DNA of 64,000 nt from Thalia democratica (taxonomy: Eukaryota): the NCBI GenBank assembly GCA_965202585.1, contig OZ241829.1, positions 29,760,001 to 29,824,000 on the forward strand, in the 5' to 3' direction. Position 1 is the stretch's first letter, and every line of letters starts with the position of its first letter. This document shows positions 24,932 through 43,900 of the stretch, in pieces. The notes under the pieces are model-generated. The model was given only the letters and a program-made list of their open reading frames with translations, made no database searches and was not told the DNA's origin. Position numbers and translations under genes: made by a program.

Positions 24932-27900
24932 TTTAATATGCATCCAAGATGCAAAAATTTTATAGAAATGTTAAATTAACTTTATACAATGGTTTGCGTG
25001 TTTAAGTAAAGATAAAAGTTTTTATTAATCATAAACAGTTACTTTTATTAACATACTAAAACTATTTTTTTTAATTTCAACCACGTATTTTATTGCAATG
25101 CACAGATTAAAACTTAATTGTTTTGCAGCTTATGTTATATTTTGAAGCTCTTAGGTAAACAATGAGCATATTTTTAAACATAACATTAATGTATTATGCT
25201 TTACAGAATGAACTAAATTAAAAATTACTACGACTAGTGATGTTTATTAGTCATAGTATAGTAAATACAGTTTGTAGCTTATAAACGTATAATGATAGCG
25301 ATCATTATGCTCCATATAAGTTTTTTTACACTAATGTTAGCTTTAAAAACGATTTACTTTTTTTGACAATTTTTTTTTATTTCTTGTTTAGTGTGTTATT
25401 GTTTGTAAAAAATTATTTCAATAATTAGTTTAACTTTTTTCGTGAATGACTGAAGAGCTCATTTGCGCAAATTTTCAGACTATACTCTTACGACTTTTAC
25501 TATTAAACTAAAAACTTTTGAAACATCTGTATCATCTATAACTATAATATACTTTAACTGATAAAATGTATTGGATTCACTTCACGACCATTAGTAGAAA
25601 GAATTAAAGAACATTAAAAGGCAAAACAGCTGTATCTGACCACATTAGCAATTGTAATGTTTGTAAAAATTAAAAAAATAACTGTTAATAATTTTGGAAT
25701 TTTGAAAGAATGTAGAAGTAAATTTGAGACCCTGATAAGTTAAGCTCTACTAATTAAACGTTATAAAAAATTAAACAATTAACTAAACCGGGTATTACCC
25801 ATACACTAAGAATTTTTGATTAGTTTGATATATATTAGTTTAACAATTTGTAAGTATTTATGTAACATACTATTTTATTGTAGTTTATAATCTTAATTTA
25901 TAAATGTTTATATACTGTATTACTTAAATTTTTTGTATACTTAGTTGTTTATCACTATTTTTTACTTATTTTTGCACAGTATTTTGTTGATAATGACTAA
26001 TGAAAAGTCGAAACGTCGTCATGCGAATAAATTATAAACTTAGAATGTGTTTCTTACTGAATTGTTATTTAAAAACTCCAGTATCCCCACCTGTTTTTTA
26101 CTTATATAAGTAAGCACAACTGGTTCTAAAAAGGTAATACAACTGGTAAAACAAAAGTACAAAAAAAAGATTGTTCATTGTCAACAAAAAGATTTTTTAA
26201 GCACCTATCCTTTAAACCATTATTTTTACAAAACTTGTATGCATGTTTTGCAAACACCCTGTACTTTATAAAATTGGGTTGTAAGTAACTTTTTAAAATT
26301 AAACCTTTTAACTTTGTTGAGGTTATATTTTCATACTTTATTTCTATTCGTGTCGACTGTATAGAACTATTTGTATTAAAATAACATACAAGTCTAAAAA
26401 ATTAACTTTCTAAAAAGTGTTTGCTGTAAAAACTTTATTTGTAAGCGGAGATTCATGAGTTTGAAAACTTACTTTTTCTATCATAACTTAAAATTCAATT
26501 AACGTTTTCGGTTATTTAGGAAAAACGTCTTGCTTAGTATCTATTAAATTATAATAGAAGCACATCAATTCAATGGTTTTTTGTCTGCTTTAAACAATAA
26601 TTCGTTTAAATAGTTTTGTTGTTAAATTTCTTATTGAAGTTTTAAGAAGAAGATTTTCTTTAAACTATCCGATTTTATTCAAATTTAAAAAACTGCTCTA
26701 TGGCTTTTGCTCATTGTACTTTTAATACCAAAAAACTTCTGTTAAAACTCTGGCTTTAGAAAAGTTATGTTTTAAACAAAAAAGTTTATAGGTTATTGCG
26801 TAAAATACCAACAAGTAATTTAATTAACCAAATGTTTACAACAATACAAATTTTATGTTACAATAAGCTTCTGATTAGTTAAGTTTCAATTTTCTCCTTA
26901 ATAAGTATTAAATTGAGATTGTTGAGAAGTTTTGATATATAGTACTAAATGCATACAAAACTCAATATTATAATGAATACGACGCGCGAACATGTTTTTG
27001 CTGAACAGGATACGGCTCACGAAAAATAAAACTGTGGCCCGCAAACATGTAAATTTAGTCCGCTAAACCAGAAATTGTTGAAACTCATATTAGATATTCT
27101 GGGTTTTTTTGATAAAAATAAAAAGGGTCACGTTGTAACTATAACTACAGCCGCGAAGGTTTTTGTGTTTGAAATTATCCCCGCGACTATCAGATTTCTG
27201 CCGAACCCTGTTTTAAACCAAGAAGTAAATATATCTATTTTAAACATTTTGAGTAAAATTGCCGTTTTCAAATATAGCTTTTTGAATTTAAAAACTCGTA
27301 AAGTTTGCAATGCAAACATTGAATGACAAACTTCTAAACAAACAGAACCAATTTAAGCTCATTACAGTAAACGCTGTTGCATGTATTTAAAATATAAATG
27401 CAAAAACTTTGTAACATACTGCGAAAAATTTAAAAGTACTAACAAGTTTTTTCACCATAAACAAAACTGTTTTTTAGAAAAGAAGTTTTAGCTATCATTT
27501 AAAAAAAAGTTTATACTTTATATATATAAAAAAAAAACTTTTTATATAACAAATTGTTGTTAACAAGTTTTGAAATTTATTTTAAGCGAAAAAACAGAAC
27601 TGTTAGGAAGTTTGGTTATTAAAAAGATTGACATTTAGTTATGTTTAGAAAACTACCATAACATAAATGAACGATAAACACTACTAGAATCTATAAAAAA
27701 GAAATTGTATCTTTAACTCAAAATAAATCATGAAAACGTTTTGTAACATATATGTAATGTTTTATTAATTAAAAAAGTCATTGAACTAGTGTAAGCGAAA
27801 CCAATAAATTAAAAAAAAAAATACTAATACAATACTGGAAAAAACTGTAATTCAGATTTATACCCGTAAGTTAAAAATGAAGTAGACCTATGCCGGAAAA

Positions 27901-27988
27901 CCAAAAAAGACTACGCTTAACTGAAACAAAATTAAAAAAAAAACGAATTTCTATGGCTTATAACACTATGGCAGCAACTAAAACAACT

Positions 27989-33613
<5,625 letters not shown>

Positions 33614-36600
33614 TTTTGTACAAGTAAAGTTGTTTTTTCTAAAAATGGTAACAAAGTTTTAGACTATTTTACTAGCTAATTTAAAAAAAATATGCTTAAC
33701 TAAACTTTATAAAACTAGTTGTATGTTATGAATTAAAAATTTATCTGTCAACTTTTGTAAAATGATAACTATCAGATAATTAATATTTATCTTTAAAAAC
33801 AAATTTGCTAAAAAAATTTTTATAAATTACTTTTTACGCTAAACAATAACAAGTTAACAAAAAAAAACTTACTTTTAAAGAAGTGATTTAAAAAATTGTA
33901 TTCAACTTTACAAAAAAAACTGTTTACAACTTCTTTACAAATAAAGTGTTTGTTTTTATAATTACTAACAATATTTTAGACTATTTTACTAGCTGTTTAT
34001 AAAAGATATTTAAATTTACTTACTTAGTTTGACTTTATGTTAATAGCTTATCTTTTATTTAAAGATAAAAAATTTATCGTTTAACTTTATTAAAATTATT
34101 ATACTTTATATATAGATAAACACATTTTTATTAACGAGTATACTTTAAATTATTTTTTTTGTAAATGACTTCTTTTAGTAGAAAACAAAAAAAATACAAC
34201 ACTAATAGTTTACCTTTGAAACACTGGTTTTACAAATTCTATTTGAAATAATCGTTTGAAGCTAACCTTTTACACTTAATAATATAAAAACAATAAGTTG
34301 AACTTAATCAAAGCTTGACAAAATAAATCTCATTTTACTTTGAGGCTAAACAAATAAGTTTACTCATTACAGTTTGCGAAAGTCAATGAAATATACTACG
34401 CGTAAAACTACTTACGTTAAAAAAACGAGAAAAGAATTCTATGATAAGAAAGTATTATGCAACAAAATACTTTACTGTGAATCACTGCTTAAACTTGTTG
34501 TTCGCCTGTACCAAACTAAACGAAACTTGAATATTACTTCGTGAATTTATTTCATATGTTTATCAATGTAATCTTTTATGAGTAAATTTTTAAACAATGT
34601 TTTTGTGGTTGTGTTTATCAGTTAAGTTCTTTGTAAAAGTATAGCAGTCTGTATTCTGTAACATGATACCATACTTTCGACAAACCAATTAAAGCTTAAT
34701 AAATGTGAAGCAACAATACTTTTTATAATTGAACTAACTAAATTGCATAAAAACATTTGTAAAAGACTTTTCTTAGATTTAAATAAAAAATTGGGTTTAG
34801 CGTTAAACTTTAATGTTGTTTAGTTATTGTTTTAACATGTTATTTCTGCTAAAGGTCTAAGAAATTTTTTAACAGTTTTGCTTAAAACTAATAAAATGAA
34901 ATTTTATGGTATTAAACTAGCTAAAGTAATGTGTTATCTTGGTTTTAAAAGTGTTTTGTATTCAAGGTAAAAACAAAACTACATTTGAAATAAAATCCTT
35001 ATTTGTAAACAATTTTTTTTAATTACTACTAAAGAATGTCATTCAAGACTTATTCAAATTTTATAAATAAACAAAAAAAATTGTGATGATTTTAAAACGT
35101 AAATAAACTTCTTTTCTATTATGCTAAACTTGTAGAGTTAAGTAGAAAAAAGTAAGTGCAAAAGAACAAAGTTATTACTTTTCCATTATACATAAATAAG
35201 TTGTCATGATGGATTAATCTTGCTAACTACACCTTTCGCGCAACTAAACTAAGCCTAATACTATTTCATTAGCAGCGGAACAAACCAGTTTCTCCATTAA
35301 TCATTTGCTTAGCGGTAAGCTATGTATTAAACACCATGACTTCAGCATTATGTTAATTTAGTTTCCAGAAATTCTGCATTCAAAATGCATCAATTTTTTT
35401 TTAATTTTTGTTATAAAACTACTTGTTTTGATTAAATATGGTAAGTATTTTTTTTTAAATACTTAAAACAGCTAAACTACAAGAATATCATTAACATTTT
35501 TTATTCTTTTTGTTGGTAACATCGTTAGAACCTAAAGTATACTTTCAACTTAGAGCTTTTTATGATAGGTACATTAAAAATGATATAACTCACCATTAGG
35601 TACTTATTATAACTTTTTTGATGTAGTTAACAGAGATTTACCAGATAGTTTACCTTTATAAATACATTTTTACCTTGTTAATGAAATTAAACTTTTATTG
35701 TAAATTTATACTTAAGTATCTAATTTGTTAACAAGCTTTAAAAAAAATAAGTATGATTTTTGCAAATAAGTGTGTTCATTTTTTTTCTCAGAAAAAAACA
35801 AGGAAAAAGCGTCTGTGTATTATTCTAAAATAAAAAAGTTTTGTTTTTAGCTTATTTATTTTCAGTCACAAAAATATATTATGTTTTATAAGTTCGATTA
35901 TTTAAGTATAAATCTTTCTATATTATAAATATAGACATATGTTAGGGAGAAAAAATATTAGAATTTAAACACTTAAGATAATGATATAAATACTTAGAGT
36001 TATTTCATTACATAAGAATCTTTAACAATTATTTTTGAACTATTGTTTGTTGACTTGAACATTTAACTAAAGTATCTAAGAACTTTGACGAATAAGTTAA
36101 CTTTTTAATTAAAATAATCTTATTTGTAGTTATATTTAATCTAAAAAATAAACATTTTAAAAGTTTTGTTAGGATTTAAAACTCTCAAACTTATTATTTG
36201 TACTGAATATAGACATCAAAAAAAAAACTTTTTTTTTCTATTTAAAGTCAAGCTAAATTTTACATGTTTGTTTTTTATAAAAGAACTTTTGTTTTAAATC
36301 AACCACTTTAAAATTCATTTTATAGTTGAACAACAAGCATCAAATACTTTTAATAATATTAAGTATTTTTGTTTTTTGTATTAAACCTAAGAAGAAAGGC
36401 TGGTATAAAGCATAAAAACACAACAAGTTATAGTGTTAAATAAAATTTATCAACTTAACTAAATGATAAAACGAGTAAGCATTCTATTGTTGTAAAACTT
36501 TTTAAATTTTACAGAAAGCTAGAGAAAAATGATGTAAACAAGTGAAAATACTTCGAGTAATAAAAAACAGTTTTAAATAAAAGTATAACATAGAAAAATT

Positions 36601-37100
36601 TGTTAAATTATAAGTTAGACCAAGTTTTTAGCATGTGCTTTGTAAAAAAAAAATAATCTAAAAGAGACAATGCATAAGTACTGCATAGTGCATAGTATGT
36701 AACAACAACACCATAGTTATCTTTATTCTGTAGAATGCTTTTTATATAAACGTAAGTGTTTTCAGAAATGTCTTACTTTTAAACTAACTGAAAATGTTTA
36801 AAATTTGAAGCTTCTACTGCCGCCTGCGTACTTAATTTGAGTGGTTTTACTTTTTTATTTCCAACTGGTTTGTTACAAGTTGATGCCTACTTAACTTCCT
36901 GTGAAACTTAATAACTGTGCTAGTTTTTCTTTTGAGCTAGCTTTTTTTTTATGTTTTAACTTGGGTTACTTTAGTTTTTTTTGAGATGGCGGGAGATTTT
37001 TGTATTCAAATAAAAGAGCATCTACAAAAAAAGTTCAAATTTTATCCTTTAAATTTAATAAGATACTTTTTGATCAGTTTTTTGAAAAATTAAAAGTAAC

Positions 37101-37622
37101 TGGCCAAGACAATAAAAGGTATCCAAAGGATGTGCGATTCGATAACCGAAAGGTTTTTCGTGCACCAGGTCATAAGACCAAACAATTTGAGCGTTTTTTT
37201 TTCGTTTAATAAACTATAAATAAACTATTATAGTTCATTTGAAACTTTCAAGTATTTAACTTTTAATGTAGCTCCTTTTTAAAATTTACTTTGAATAAAC
37301 TTTTAGCTTTTTTTAATTTATAAAATAATATCCTAAACTCCTAATAAACACTTTTAAACAATACACTAAATAAACAAACGTTAAACGTAAATCCAAATCC
37401 TTCTTAGAATTATTTGAAAACTACAAAATAAAACTGTTGTACGGAAGTAGGAAAAGTACAAGTTACAACTATGACAATATACATTTTAAATTAATTAAAT
37501 TTACATAATTTTAACGTCCTGGACAAGACGTTAAAAGGTAATCGTGGTGTGCGACCCTATAACCAAAAGGTTTTTTTGTGCACCAGGTTTTAGAACCAAA
37601 TATTTTGAGCGCTTTTTTTTTG
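37101..37622 (+). repeat. ~100-bp dispersed repeat, copies 2 and 3 (37101-37202, 37519-37622)
   Basis: tgg(c/a)caagac..taaaaggta.....gtgcga...(g/t)ataacc(g/a)aaaggttttt..gtgcaccagg....agaccaaa...tttgagcg(c)ttttttt repeated in direct orientation about 420 bp apart. Confidence 0.7.
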
Positions 37623-38587
37623 TCGTTTGTTAAACAATATAACTATGATCGACTTTTAAAAAATTCTGTTTAACGATTTTTTATCTTTAAATCTTTTATA
37701 TACTGAAATTTTTTCTTTGCTACTTTTAGCAGCACTTTCCTAAAACATCATTATATGAACAGTTTTAGTATGTTCGATTGTTTTTCCAGAGCATAAAGTT
37801 GAATAAATATATTCTGAAAACAAAAATTAACTAGCATCTTTCGGTTATACCAGGGGCGTCACAAGGCTTTATCATTAGTTTTGTAGTAGTATTTTTACTA
37901 GCTTTTAATAAAATACTACATATAAACAATGAACTTCACCGCACGATCTACAACAACAGCATCCGAGACAATCCTACGACCGGTTTCGTCCTTATCAAAA
38001 CGAAAATAAAATACTACGTAATAATAGATATTTACGGTTTATTTATAACATATTTTTGTTGCATTATTATCGAAATTATGTATTCGAAAAACTAATTTAC
38101 CTATGATGAAGTGAACAACAACGATAAAACAAACAGTACTTGAATATAAACCAATATTTATTGTTTTTATCAACAGCAACGACATAAAGAAAATTTCAGA
38201 AAATAAAAACGTAAAAGCTGTGATAGTAAAAAAGAACTTTTACAAAAACTATTTCATTCTGAAAAAGTTCAAAAGTACAAACTTATTTCAGCGAATAATA
38301 AAATATCATATTGATATAAATGTACAGAAATACAACATTTGATACTTTGGTAAAAACTTCGTAGTAAAGTATAATGTGATAAAAAAATAATCAAATATTT
38401 TAAAACACCTTTTAAACTAAGTAAAATGTAAAACTTATGTTTATCGCTAACTTTGGAGGTTTTTTTAAAGCAAATCTAAATCTTTATACATTTCAAAGTG
38501 TTCACAAAAATCAATACATTGTATTTTGAATAGTTTTACAAGCGCTTGAAAAAATGTTGGTAAATTTTTAACGTTTCAACAAAAAAA

Positions 38588-40903
38588 TCAACAGTTAGTA
38601 GTCGCTGCACCGTCGTTTTTGTAAGTGTTGGATCTACCGCTTTCCGCATCAATCAAGCACGCTTCGCTCTTGAGTTTTTTAATTTTGTACAAGTCGCATG
38701 ACAACGTCAACGCCAAGAAGCTGGCTCCCATAATCATCACCCACTCTGCGATTGTAGTCACGTTGTTGTGTTCGACCCCATCTGCTTTCTGCAAATTGTT
38801 TATTTTATGATTCCCTCAGTTTTAGCTTATTGTGTGTGTAGTTTCAATTTCCGTGTAAAAAAAGTTGGTTTTATTTTGTAACACATTTTTAGCTCTGAAC
38901 ATTAATGCATATAAAATAAAACTGGCAATTTTGTATTTCAAAACATTTTAAACCTGTTTATTAATTATATATAAAACATATAAAAAATTTAGAATACATA
39001 ACTGTTATATTTTAAAGCATATAAAACCAAAGATGTATTTTGTCTTTTAAACTCTCAATAAATAGTAAAAACTATTAATAAATTTTTTAATAATAAAAAA
39101 CAAAAACTTACATCTTTAAACAGAGAACCGAAAACTGTTGTTTGTGATTAGAGTTAAAAAAAAAAAACATTTTCCGTACTTTTGTTTTTTTGTTTAACTG
39201 ACAAATACTTTTTATAGTTGTAATATATAAGTAATGATAAGGTAACTAGCTAAAGAAGACCTATAGAAATAGTTCGACAAATTTTTTTTTTTTTACATTT
39301 GTTAGCTTTTTATAAAAAGAGTATTTCATTATACTAAGCATTAGATAAAAAATAAGTGTAATAAATTTAAGCATTTATTTTACTTTTATACCAAAGTGTA
39401 AAAAATACAGTTTCAACAATAGTCTTTGTAGTTAAACAAACCAATAAAAACCTTTTTTTTCTATACAGTAGAAATATATTTTAAATCTAAGTTGTTTAGT
39501 TTATACTAAAAAATTTTGTACTAAAAACTTTGTAGTTGTGTTTGAATAATAAGTAATAAGCACACGAATCTATAAAATAAAGAAATAACAACAAAAGGAT
39601 ACAGGTCACAAAAGCTCCGAATTCGATTATAAATAAGTAAAATCGAAAGCAGTAAGAATTATCATCGTGTGGTAATCTGCAATCCATGATTAAAACCATC
39701 AGGAAATAAAGCGTGACAAAAACAAATGCTACCCCGGCTCCAACGTAATGTAGATTTGCAATTGCACTAACCTACAAGTAATTGTGTATTTTCACTTTGA
39801 AGTTGTTTTAAAATGTTTTTGAAATAAAAATCCTTTAAACTTTAAAGTTTGAAATTTAAATTGAATGTAAACTTATTTTTTAATTTTTAAAACATCAAAC
39901 TATTAAGTAAAAGAACCGATGCTATAAATGACAAACTTGTTTGATAAGGACACTTTTAATTTTTTTTTTTTTTTTAATTTTTCAAGGCGTTTATATAATT
40001 TTAAACTGTTAAAAACAAAGTATTTTTGCCTGCATTGATCCAACAAAAGTCATTCCAATACAAGCAATAATTCCTACTACGAACGTCGCTTTGTTTAATT
40101 TACAACAGCAAACACAACAACAATTCAAGTCTTCAATACCTTCTTGCTTTATTTTTGCTTCTACGTACCTGCGGAAATAAATTGAGTTTAATAAATTTCT
40201 ATTTATATTTTAAAATCAACTATTTTTTACCAAGAGTGTACATAATTTAATAATATTATTAGTTGTATCTAGTCTAATCATTTGCTTAAAACAATAGTCA
40301 CATTTTTATCTTTTTGTTTTCATCAGTATGATAAAAAAAAATACCTTTAACGTTTTATAAAGTAGGCAGCAGCTTAAATTAACAAATAAAAAATACATTT
40401 TAATCTTAAACTAATGCAAAACAGTCGCTAGAAAAGTCTTTTAACCTGCTCTAAAACAATTATTTCTTTATTAGCACAGTTTACTAGAAGCAACTATCAA
40501 AAGCTTTGTCAGTTATAACTATCAATCAAACGTCTCCACAACAAAATTCTTACTTGTAGAATGCGTACATAGAAATAAGAGCTGAGACAAACGCCCACAT
40601 CAGAAATAAAGTGAACCAGCAGCTAGACGGACATTTGTCCCCTGTAGCACTTACCGTTGGCCAGTCGGGCAGCTCTAAGGTGGTATTGTAAGCCCTTGCT
40701 ATTCCATAACTGTTGAAAAACAATAGAAATGTTTAAAACGTAATTAATTTTTTAGTAAAATTAGGTTCTTAATTTATTTATTTCAACGTCACAAGCTCGA
40801 ATTAAGCTTAGTAACAAACTCACGTGACGAAGAATCCTACAAAAGTGCACAGCCAGTAAGAAATCGGACACAACCACAGTGAGTTTGAGCATTTGCCACC
40901 CAT
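38588..40903 (-). CDS. DRAM/TMEM150 (Frag1/DRAM/Sfk1 family) multi-pass membrane protein, 255 aa, 6 exons
   Basis: Exons 40824-40903, 40554-40709, 40030-40168, 39603-39771, 39112-39134, 38588-38788 (768 nt in frame). Motifs WPTVSATGDKCPSSCWF, LNKATFVVGIIACIGMTFVGSMQVSAIANLHYVGAGVAF and TIAEW match the family pattern (PxISxxG..PES, GxxxVxNFQ...LHYVGA, aEW). Confidence 0.85.
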
Positions 40904-43900
40904 TGTAAAAAGGACCAAATTAAAAAAACTGAAACTTTTTAATGGCTAAGCTTTTTTCTTAATCTAAATTTAAAATTTTTAAGCCATACTGTTTCCAATT
41001 GCTTTTTACCATTTTTAGCTGTTTATGTCGAAGCATTTTTAGTTTACCATTATAAAATAAAATCTAACTTGTTTAAGTCAAGCTTTGTAGTGATTTAATC
41101 AACTTGCCCTGAAACTCAGTAGAAATAGATTTTACATACAAAATGCTTTTACGTGCCTTTAAAATAAAGCTCTGTTTGTAAAACTAACAAAAAAAAAGTT
41201 CAAACTTGATTTATTTTTGGTACAATAATAACTACAAAATTATACAAGAAATACTTTTTGCTTAAAGATTGTTTTTTTTAATTTAAAAAAATCACTTTAG
41301 TCCAATCTAACAGAACTTTATTTAATTTTGTATACATTTTTTTTAATTTTACATACATTACGACTTAATTGTCATTAATTAAGTTTTTTTTTTTTTGAAA
41401 TCATGTATCTAAAAAACGTTATTTACTCTGAATTAGTAAACTTGTAACCACATTCAACAATCGAGTAAATAAATGTAGATGGTTTTGAACCGCAGTTGTA
41501 TTGAACTGACAGATTCACTTTTTTCTCAAACTATTATACAATAACATTTTTTCACAAAAGCTTTATTCAAACGTCGAAAATTCATTGTTCTGCACTATAA
41601 CTTGATACAGGTGTGTCAAGGCGTTTTGGTACGGGTCTATTATTACCTTTGTTAGCTACTTACCATTAACAGTTATAGTATAACAACAACACTTTAGTTG
41701 AGAGTAGAGTTTTGTGTTTCACGCTACCTAAACTACTGTACAGTAATTTACGAGTTTTACGAATATCTAGTCGGTTTTATACGAACATATTAATATAAAA
41801 TAAGTTGAAAAATTTATACAAAAACTCTTTAGTGCGAATAAACAATTTTATAATGTTCAAAATAAAACTATTAAGTAATTTTTTTTAAACTTAACTGGTG
41901 TAATATCAAAATAAAAAATTAAAACAAACATTATTGATTTTTTAGTCTTGATTAAACAAAAGTTTAAGCTTTAATTTTTATCGTTTATTTAAAGATATTA
42001 GTTCAGTTTTACTACTATTAAAAAATTTTTTAGAAGTAAATTTTGTAACGTTACTCGACTCGAAAAAGTAATAAAACACATACAACTGCAGAAAAACCTT
42101 TATTTTACTTACGTAAACTTTTATTTTTCAAAACTAAAACAGTTTTTTATTTTAATAACTTTTTATCAAAGTTTTTGATACTTTAAAGATACTTTTGTAA
42201 TGTACAATTCAATTGCCGGATGGTTCTTTCGTAAACCAGGTCCTTACATCAAACTTTTTACCGTTCAATGGATTACTATGATGAATATATTATTCTTATT
42301 AGAGTTAACGTAATAAGTCACTGATTCTTAAATAATTAAAACTAGTGTTTAGGGTTTCGTAGGACTTTTTATTTTACTGGACGGACAAGACAAGCACTGT
42401 TTTTTTCAAATTGGTTAAGTATTCAAACAAAGTAATATACTCAAGTTAAAACATTTTCGATTACCAAAAAAACAAGTTTGATTTTAAGTTGTTTTGTATA
42501 TTATTCTAAAACGAATAACTTTGTAATTATAGATTTAGAAAAAATATTAATACTTAGAATCAAATAAATTTTAGAATTTAGCTCATTATAATTTTTTTAC
42601 ACACGAAAAAACTAACAACCGGAACAAACCATTTTATCTTAAACATAGCAAGTTTTGCAAACGATGTATATTTTGTATTTTATTTATAGTTTAGTATGAA
42701 TTTATATACCTTTCTAGTTTAATTTAAGTATCTCAATAGCAGTAGAAACACATAAAAAACATTTGATGACAACTTTTTTGAACAAAAATTCAAATTACTA
42801 TATAAAAATGCCTTAACATTTTTAGAAAGTAACATTTAAGGTTGATAAACTAAATTGAGGTTTGTTTTTAAAAATAAATACGTTTTATATATAAAAAAAT
42901 AAAAGTAATTATGCCGTAATCTTTTTTAGTTGTCTGTTTATAATATAAACTACTATATAATTATTCTCGTACTAATATTTATAGAAAACAACAGTTTTTC
43001 CGACAGAAATTAGTTTTTCTAGTGATAAACATCTTTCAGTGTATTTAATTTAAATAACAAGATACCAACCTTCATGTTAATATACTAAAGTGTTATAATC
43101 TAGTTCAAGAATTACAATTTAAAGTAGCTAAAAAGCTTTTAGTAAACAATTTTACTAAATAAAACTTCAAAGCTTTGTGTTTAGCAACCGAAGCGAAAAC
43201 GTTTTAATTTTAACTTGAGCTGTTGAAAGCTTAAACAGTATTAACTAGATTTAAAAACATTGAAATTTTACATCGCATACAATAGTGTTCAATATTTTTC
43301 AAGTTATTAATAAAATCAAGTTAATTACGAGAATTCAAACCTTTAAAACTTACTCAAGCATCAAACAAAACAAAGGAATTTTTAATTGTATTTAAAATAT
43401 GTGTATTTTTATACAAGAAAATTATGCCTACTAATAGTAATACTTCAAAACCATATTTTTAAAGCAAATAACAGACAATCATAACTGTTAACTGAACAAA
43501 GTAAAAATTTTTTGAAACTAATATAACTTAAAACTTATTGCAAATGATTGTATATAACTTAGTTACTTTTATTCAAAAGTGACAATTTTATTCAAGTTTC
43601 TCAAATTACTTATTTGAATATTGTTAAGCTTTCATAGATTTATTCTATTTATAACTGTAATAAATAGTTTTTGCATCTTAGTTACAAATTACGATTACAT
43701 AATAGTTCTATTGTATGCTAGTTAACAGAAACCTACTATTAAAAAAAAAAAATATTCCAAATTGCCTAGAAAACTTTAAAGCATACATCATAAACTTATA
43801 AACCTTTTCTAAAACTTTTAAGCTGCGAAAATTTTGATATTTGGCTAAAATTGATATTGTGCAAACTTTATTTCTTAAACTATTTTTATAAAAACAATCA

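Noticed and set aside
37983-37991. GGACGAAAC (minus strand) resembling a hammerhead ribozyme half-core within a small GC-rich patch
   Set aside because: No CUGANGA box or stem II in the required position.
40620-40660. GTAAGT...CAG inside DRAM exon 2 looking like a tiny intron
   Set aside because: Only 13 nt long; read-through gives the conserved PTVSATG..P motif in frame.
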